Source: an uncultured bacterium (GTDB taxonomy: Bacteria > Omnitrophota > Gorgyraeia > Zapsychrales > Aceulaceae). Taken from it: 64,000 nt of DNA. The stretch covers positions 549 to 64,548 of the forward strand of contig CALGLP010000009.1 of NCBI GenBank assembly GCA_937930175.1, written 5' to 3'. A program made the translations under genes and the position numbers. Shown here piece after piece: positions 60,660 through 64,000 of the stretch (positions within the stretch are counted from its first letter, which is position 1; the number at the start of each line of letters is the position of its first letter). A model generated the notes under the pieces. The model saw nothing but the letters and a program-made list of their open reading frames with translations. It was not told where the DNA came from and did not search any database.

Positions 60660-61406
60660 TTAATGTTTTGTAAAATCTGCTTGAGCTTCATGATACGCCT
60701 CAAGACTTCCGATATCATACCACGAACCTGAAAATTGAAAACCGCAAAGTCGTTTTTGTTCACACAACCATTTAATATAATCTCCAGCTAAATCCACCTT
60801 CCCGCCCTGAGTCATATATTGCTGAATTAATGGAAGTGTTTTTTTGGGTAAATAATAAAAACACATGGCGATCAAGCTTGATTTAGGCTTAGAAGGTTTT
60901 TCTTCAAAGGATATCACGCTATGGCTACCATCCATAGCCGCAACGCCAAAATTCTTGGCCTTTTCGATATGTTTAATATCATAAAGACCCAAAGTGACCT
61001 TTTCCTTGTTTGCCATGGCAAATGTAAAAAACTGGTCTGTCTTAAAATCAAACAGGTTGTCGCCTCCAACAACCAAGAGATCCTCAGCTATCTTGTACCC
61101 TTTAACGGTAAAATCAATATCCCCAATCGACCCCAGTCGGTCTTCAGGAGTTTTTGTCCCGTCGTTAACAATGGTCATCGGCACAGAAAGCCCCCTAAAT
61201 GTTTCCGCCCATTGCTGGAATTTCTCAAAGAACTTATCATTGGTCACAACATAGATCTCCGTTAATTCTTGCAAACCAACAACGCGCTCAACTAAATAAT
61301 TAATCAACGGCTTATCAGGTTCAATAGGAAGCAGTGGCTTTGGTTTATCCTTGGTCAAAGGATAAAGCCGTGTTCCATATCCTGCAGCTAAAATCAGAAC
61401 CTTCAT
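60660..61406 (-). CDS. Sugar-phosphate nucleotidyltransferase (NTP_transferase family)
   Basis: 248 aa starting MKVLILAAGYGTRLYPLTKDKPKPLLPI (G-x-G-T-R signature). Confidence 0.8.
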   Translation of the reverse strand: MKVLILAAGYGTRLYPLTKDKPKPLLPIEPDKPLINYLVERVVGLQELTEIYVVTNDKFFEKFQQWAETFRGLSVPMTIVNDGTKTPEDRLGSIGDIDFTVKGYKIAEDLLVVGGDNLFDFKTDQFFTFAMANKEKVTLGLYDIKHIEKAKNFGVAAMDGSHSVISFEEKPSKPKSSLIAMCFYYLPKKTLPLIQQYMTQGGKVDLAGDYIKWLCEQKRLCGFQFSGSWYDIGSLEAYHEAQADFTKH

Positions 61407-61409
61407 ATC

Positions 61410-63188
61410 TTATTTCCGAGGACTGTAAATATGCGGAGCATATTTTCTCAGCTTCATTTTCAAAAACTCTTCCACGTGCTCTGCGGAGGAAAAACTTAAC
61501 GCCTCTTGAGCAATCTCTTGCGCATCCTTAAAATTAAAACTTCGAATCAGCTCCTTAATCTGTAAAATATTAAGCGACGACATGCTGAATTCATCGAGTC
61601 CTAGGCCTAAAAGCAACATGGCAAAAATAGGATCACTCGCCATTTCTCCACAAAGCCCAACAGAGATTCCTGCCTGATGCGCGGATTGAATCGTTTGCTT
61701 AATCAAGCGCAGCACCGATGGATGCGAAGGCTGATAAAGATTGGCGGTCTGCTCATTGGTGCGATCCACAGCAAGCGTGTATTGAATAAGATCGTTAGTG
61801 CCGATACTAAAAAAGTTCACTTCCTTAGCCAAGATATCTGAGGTCACCGCAGCAGAGGGGACTTCAATCATTGCTCCCAACGGCATATTCCCATTAAAAG
61901 GAATCTTTTCTTTCTTGAGACTATTTTTAGCTTCATGAAGAATCGTGTTAGCCTCGCGAAGCTCCCCTACACCTGAAATCATTGGATACATCATCTTCAG
62001 GTTCCCAAACACAGAAGCCCTTAAAATCGCTCGCAACTGCGCCTTAAAGATATCTGGTCGACCCAAACAAAAACGTATCGCCCTCCAGCCTAAAAAAGAT
62101 TGCATCTCTTTAGGCACTTGAACACTCGAAGCAAACTTATCCCCACCCAAGTCAAGGGTGCGGATCACCACGGGATGCGGCGCCATTTTTTCCGCCACAT
62201 AACGATAGGCCTTAAATTGCTCTTCTTCTGAAGGCAAATCCGTACGATTCATGTACAAATATTCCGTACGGTACAAACCAACGCCGCTACAATGCTGCTT
62301 CAAAACAATGGGAATCTCTTCAGGAAGCTCCAAATTTGCCATGAGCGCCACGCGCCGACCATCAATCGTCTCTGCCGGCAAGTCCTTGATATCATCAAAA
62401 CGCGAACGTGAAGCCGCAATCTTATTTTTCTCAATATTATATTTTTCTTTGGTCTTATCCGAAGGATCAATAATCAGAAATCCTTTGCGGCCATCCACAA
62501 TGACATAATCCTGGTTATGCACACGAAGTGTTCCATCTTTAAGGCCAACCACCGCAGGAATGCCAAGCGACTTGGCCATAATCGCGGTATGCGATGTTCG
62601 GCCACCTACATCCGTTGCAAAAGCTAAAATCTTTTTGTTGTACATGCTCGCCGTGTCCGATGGAGAAAAATCATGGGCAATAACAATGGTCTCCTCGGTT
62701 AAATCCTCGAGGTCGTGGAGCTTTGTCTCTTCCATCAGATTCTTTAAGACACGCTTGCTAACATCATTAATATCACTGGTACGATCACGCAAATACTCAT
62801 CTTGAATATCAGAAAAAACTTTAATATATTTCTTCATGACCTGCGAAAAGACATACTCAACGCATGCCTTTTCTTTCTTAATCGTTTTAATGACCTCCTG
62901 AATAATCGTTCGGTCTTCAAGGACCAGAAGATGTGCGTCGAAAATCTGTGCGTGGCGCACCCCCATGTCCTTAGAGATCCGTGATTGAATATTTAAAATT
63001 TCCTCACGGGTCTTAATCAAGGCTTCTTCGAAGCGCGCAATTTCAATGGGAATTTCATTTTCAAGAATGGTGCGCGGAGAAATAAAAAAATCCTGTTTAT
63101 CTAAAATAAACACAGGTCCTGAAGCAACGCCTGGAGCTGCAGGAATACCACTTAAGATAATCTCATTATTTTTTGTTTTCATGGCCAC
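61410..63188 (-). CDS. ptsI: Phosphoenolpyruvate-protein phosphotransferase (PTS Enzyme I)
   Basis: 592 aa with an active-site His region (GGRTSHTAIMAKSLGIPAVVG) and a C-terminal PEP-utilising TIM barrel. Confidence 0.93.
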   Translation of the reverse strand: MAMKTKNNEIILSGIPAAPGVASGPVFILDKQDFFISPRTILENEIPIEIARFEEALIKTREEILNIQSRISKDMGVRHAQIFDAHLLVLEDRTIIQEVIKTIKKEKACVEYVFSQVMKKYIKVFSDIQDEYLRDRTSDINDVSKRVLKNLMEETKLHDLEDLTEETIVIAHDFSPSDTASMYNKKILAFATDVGGRTSHTAIMAKSLGIPAVVGLKDGTLRVHNQDYVIVDGRKGFLIIDPSDKTKEKYNIEKNKIAASRSRFDDIKDLPAETIDGRRVALMANLELPEEIPIVLKQHCSGVGLYRTEYLYMNRTDLPSEEEQFKAYRYVAEKMAPHPVVIRTLDLGGDKFASSVQVPKEMQSFLGWRAIRFCLGRPDIFKAQLRAILRASVFGNLKMMYPMISGVGELREANTILHEAKNSLKKEKIPFNGNMPLGAMIEVPSAAVTSDILAKEVNFFSIGTNDLIQYTLAVDRTNEQTANLYQPSHPSVLRLIKQTIQSAHQAGISVGLCGEMASDPIFAMLLLGLGLDEFSMSSLNILQIKELIRSFNFKDAQEIAQEALSFSSAEHVEEFLKMKLRKYAPHIYSPRK

Positions 63189-63193
63189 ACAAA

Positions 63194-63457
63194 CTAGCTG
63201 TTATTGGTCAAGAACTGCGTTAATTCTTGAACCGCGCGCTCAGCATCATCACCTTCCGCCGAAACCGTAAGCTTGCTTCCCTTTTCCGCGGCAAGCATCA
63301 GAATCCCCATGATCGACTTTCCATTAACCACATCCGTCCCTTTACGCACAACAATTTCGCAATCAAATTTATTGGCAAGCTGAACAAACAATGCCGCTGG
63401 GCGCGCATGAAGACCTTGCGCACTTTTAATAATCACTTCTTTCTCAATCTTTACCAT
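63194..63457 (-). CDS. ptsH: Phosphocarrier protein HPr
   Basis: 87 aa starting MVKIEKEVIIKSAQGLHARPAALFV, with the catalytic His15 and a Ser46 region (GKSIMG). Confidence 0.93.
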   Translation of the reverse strand: MVKIEKEVIIKSAQGLHARPAALFVQLANKFDCEIVVRKGTDVVNGKSIMGILMLAAEKGSKLTVSAEGDDAERAVQELTQFLTNNS

Positions 63458-63466
63458 ACATCCTTT

Positions 63467-64000
63467 TTAACGCTTGATAAAGCGTTGTGTCTCAATCAGA
63501 TCAATCAAGGCCTTTGTTAATTTCTTAGAATCATGGCGGACATAATCATTGACCCCTAGCAAATCTGCAACAACCGCTTTACACCCCAGGGCTCTTATTG
63601 CGTCAACGTCTGGCTGAACAGGATAAGAATTCTCATGACGATAACGCTCCAGCGCACCCTCCGGAACGACCGCATCGTTAATCAGACAGGCATCAACTGT
63701 GCGTGACGATGTATGCTTCATAAGTGCCTTAAGATGCTGACTAGCGCTATACCCATCGGTCTCACCAGGCTGAGTCATCACATTACAGATATAAATCTTA
63801 TAAGCACGCGTCTTTTCGAGGGCCTGCGTCATTCCCTTAATCACTAAGTTAGAGATAACACTTGTATAGAGGCTCCCAGGGCCCAAAATAACAATATCCG
63901 CGTTTTCAATCGCGTCCAAAGCTTCTTGCGTCGGAAGCGTATGCTCAGGCGTCAAATAAAGACGCGCAATACGTTTATCACGCTTAGGAATCTTGGCCTC
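63467..64000 (-). CDS. YvcK/CofD-like (UPF0052, gluconeogenesis factor) protein, C-terminal part; gene continues beyond window end
   Basis: The reading frame stays open to 64000 with no stop, so the track's apparent start is not real. The C-terminal ~178 aa match the YvcK family (DIVILGPGSLYTSV). The yvcK-ptsH neighbourhood is known from Firmicutes. Confidence 0.7.
   Translation of the reverse strand, partial: EAKIPKRDKRIARLYLTPEHTLPTQEALDAIENADIVILGPGSLYTSVISNLVIKGMTQALEKTRAYKIYICNVMTQPGETDGYSASQHLKALMKHTSSRTVDACLINDAVVPEGALERYRHENSYPVQPDVDAIRALGCKAVVADLLGVNDYVRHDSKKLTKALIDLIETQRFIKR

Overview
This 64 kb window is a dense, almost entirely minus-strand block from a diderm (Gram-negative-type) bacterium of uncertain lineage, at roughly mid-40s % GC by eye. 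I call about 61 protein genes and found no rRNA, tRNA, CRISPR array or obvious mobile element. Most of the window is conserved housekeeping operons: rnhB-rplS-trmD-tgt-queA, ruvB-scpA-trpS-infB-nusA-rimP-proS, rseP-dxr-cdsA-uppS, purA, serA with a serC-like aminotransferase, clpP-tig, lptB-lptA-kdsC-kdsD-kdsA-kdsB-hldA, topA-dprA, aroK/aroE, leuA-ilvC-pfkA-ahcY-metK and ptsI-ptsH-yvcK. The LPS region (37.4-47.8 kb) is waaA-lpxK, an LpxL-like acyltransferase fused to an ELM1/DUF1022-like domain, a GT4-GT9 fusion, a GT4 and three GT9 heptosyltransferase paralogs. The most striking feature is the only plus-strand gene (31959..36209): a ~1,416-aa secreted gingipain-like (C25, clan CD) cysteine peptidase with Ig/cadherin-like, CarboxypepD_reg-like and a three-fold unrecognised repeat, lying between two LPS-core operons. 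A PilZ protein and two overlapping orphan small ORFs sit next to it. Other points worth a second look are an orphan CpaF/TadA ATPase and a prepilin peptidase embedded in housekeeping operons, a trigger factor lacking the PPIase domain, a ProRS whose editing domain is replaced by a small zinc ribbon, and two sequence oddities: a perfect 17-bp palindrome just upstream of the ahcY RBS, and a 21-nt duplication of the ilvC 3' end in the leuA leader. Gene start coordinates are best estimates, because the ORF track appears to allow alternative start codons. I could not run any database search, so all family assignments rest on recognised motifs.
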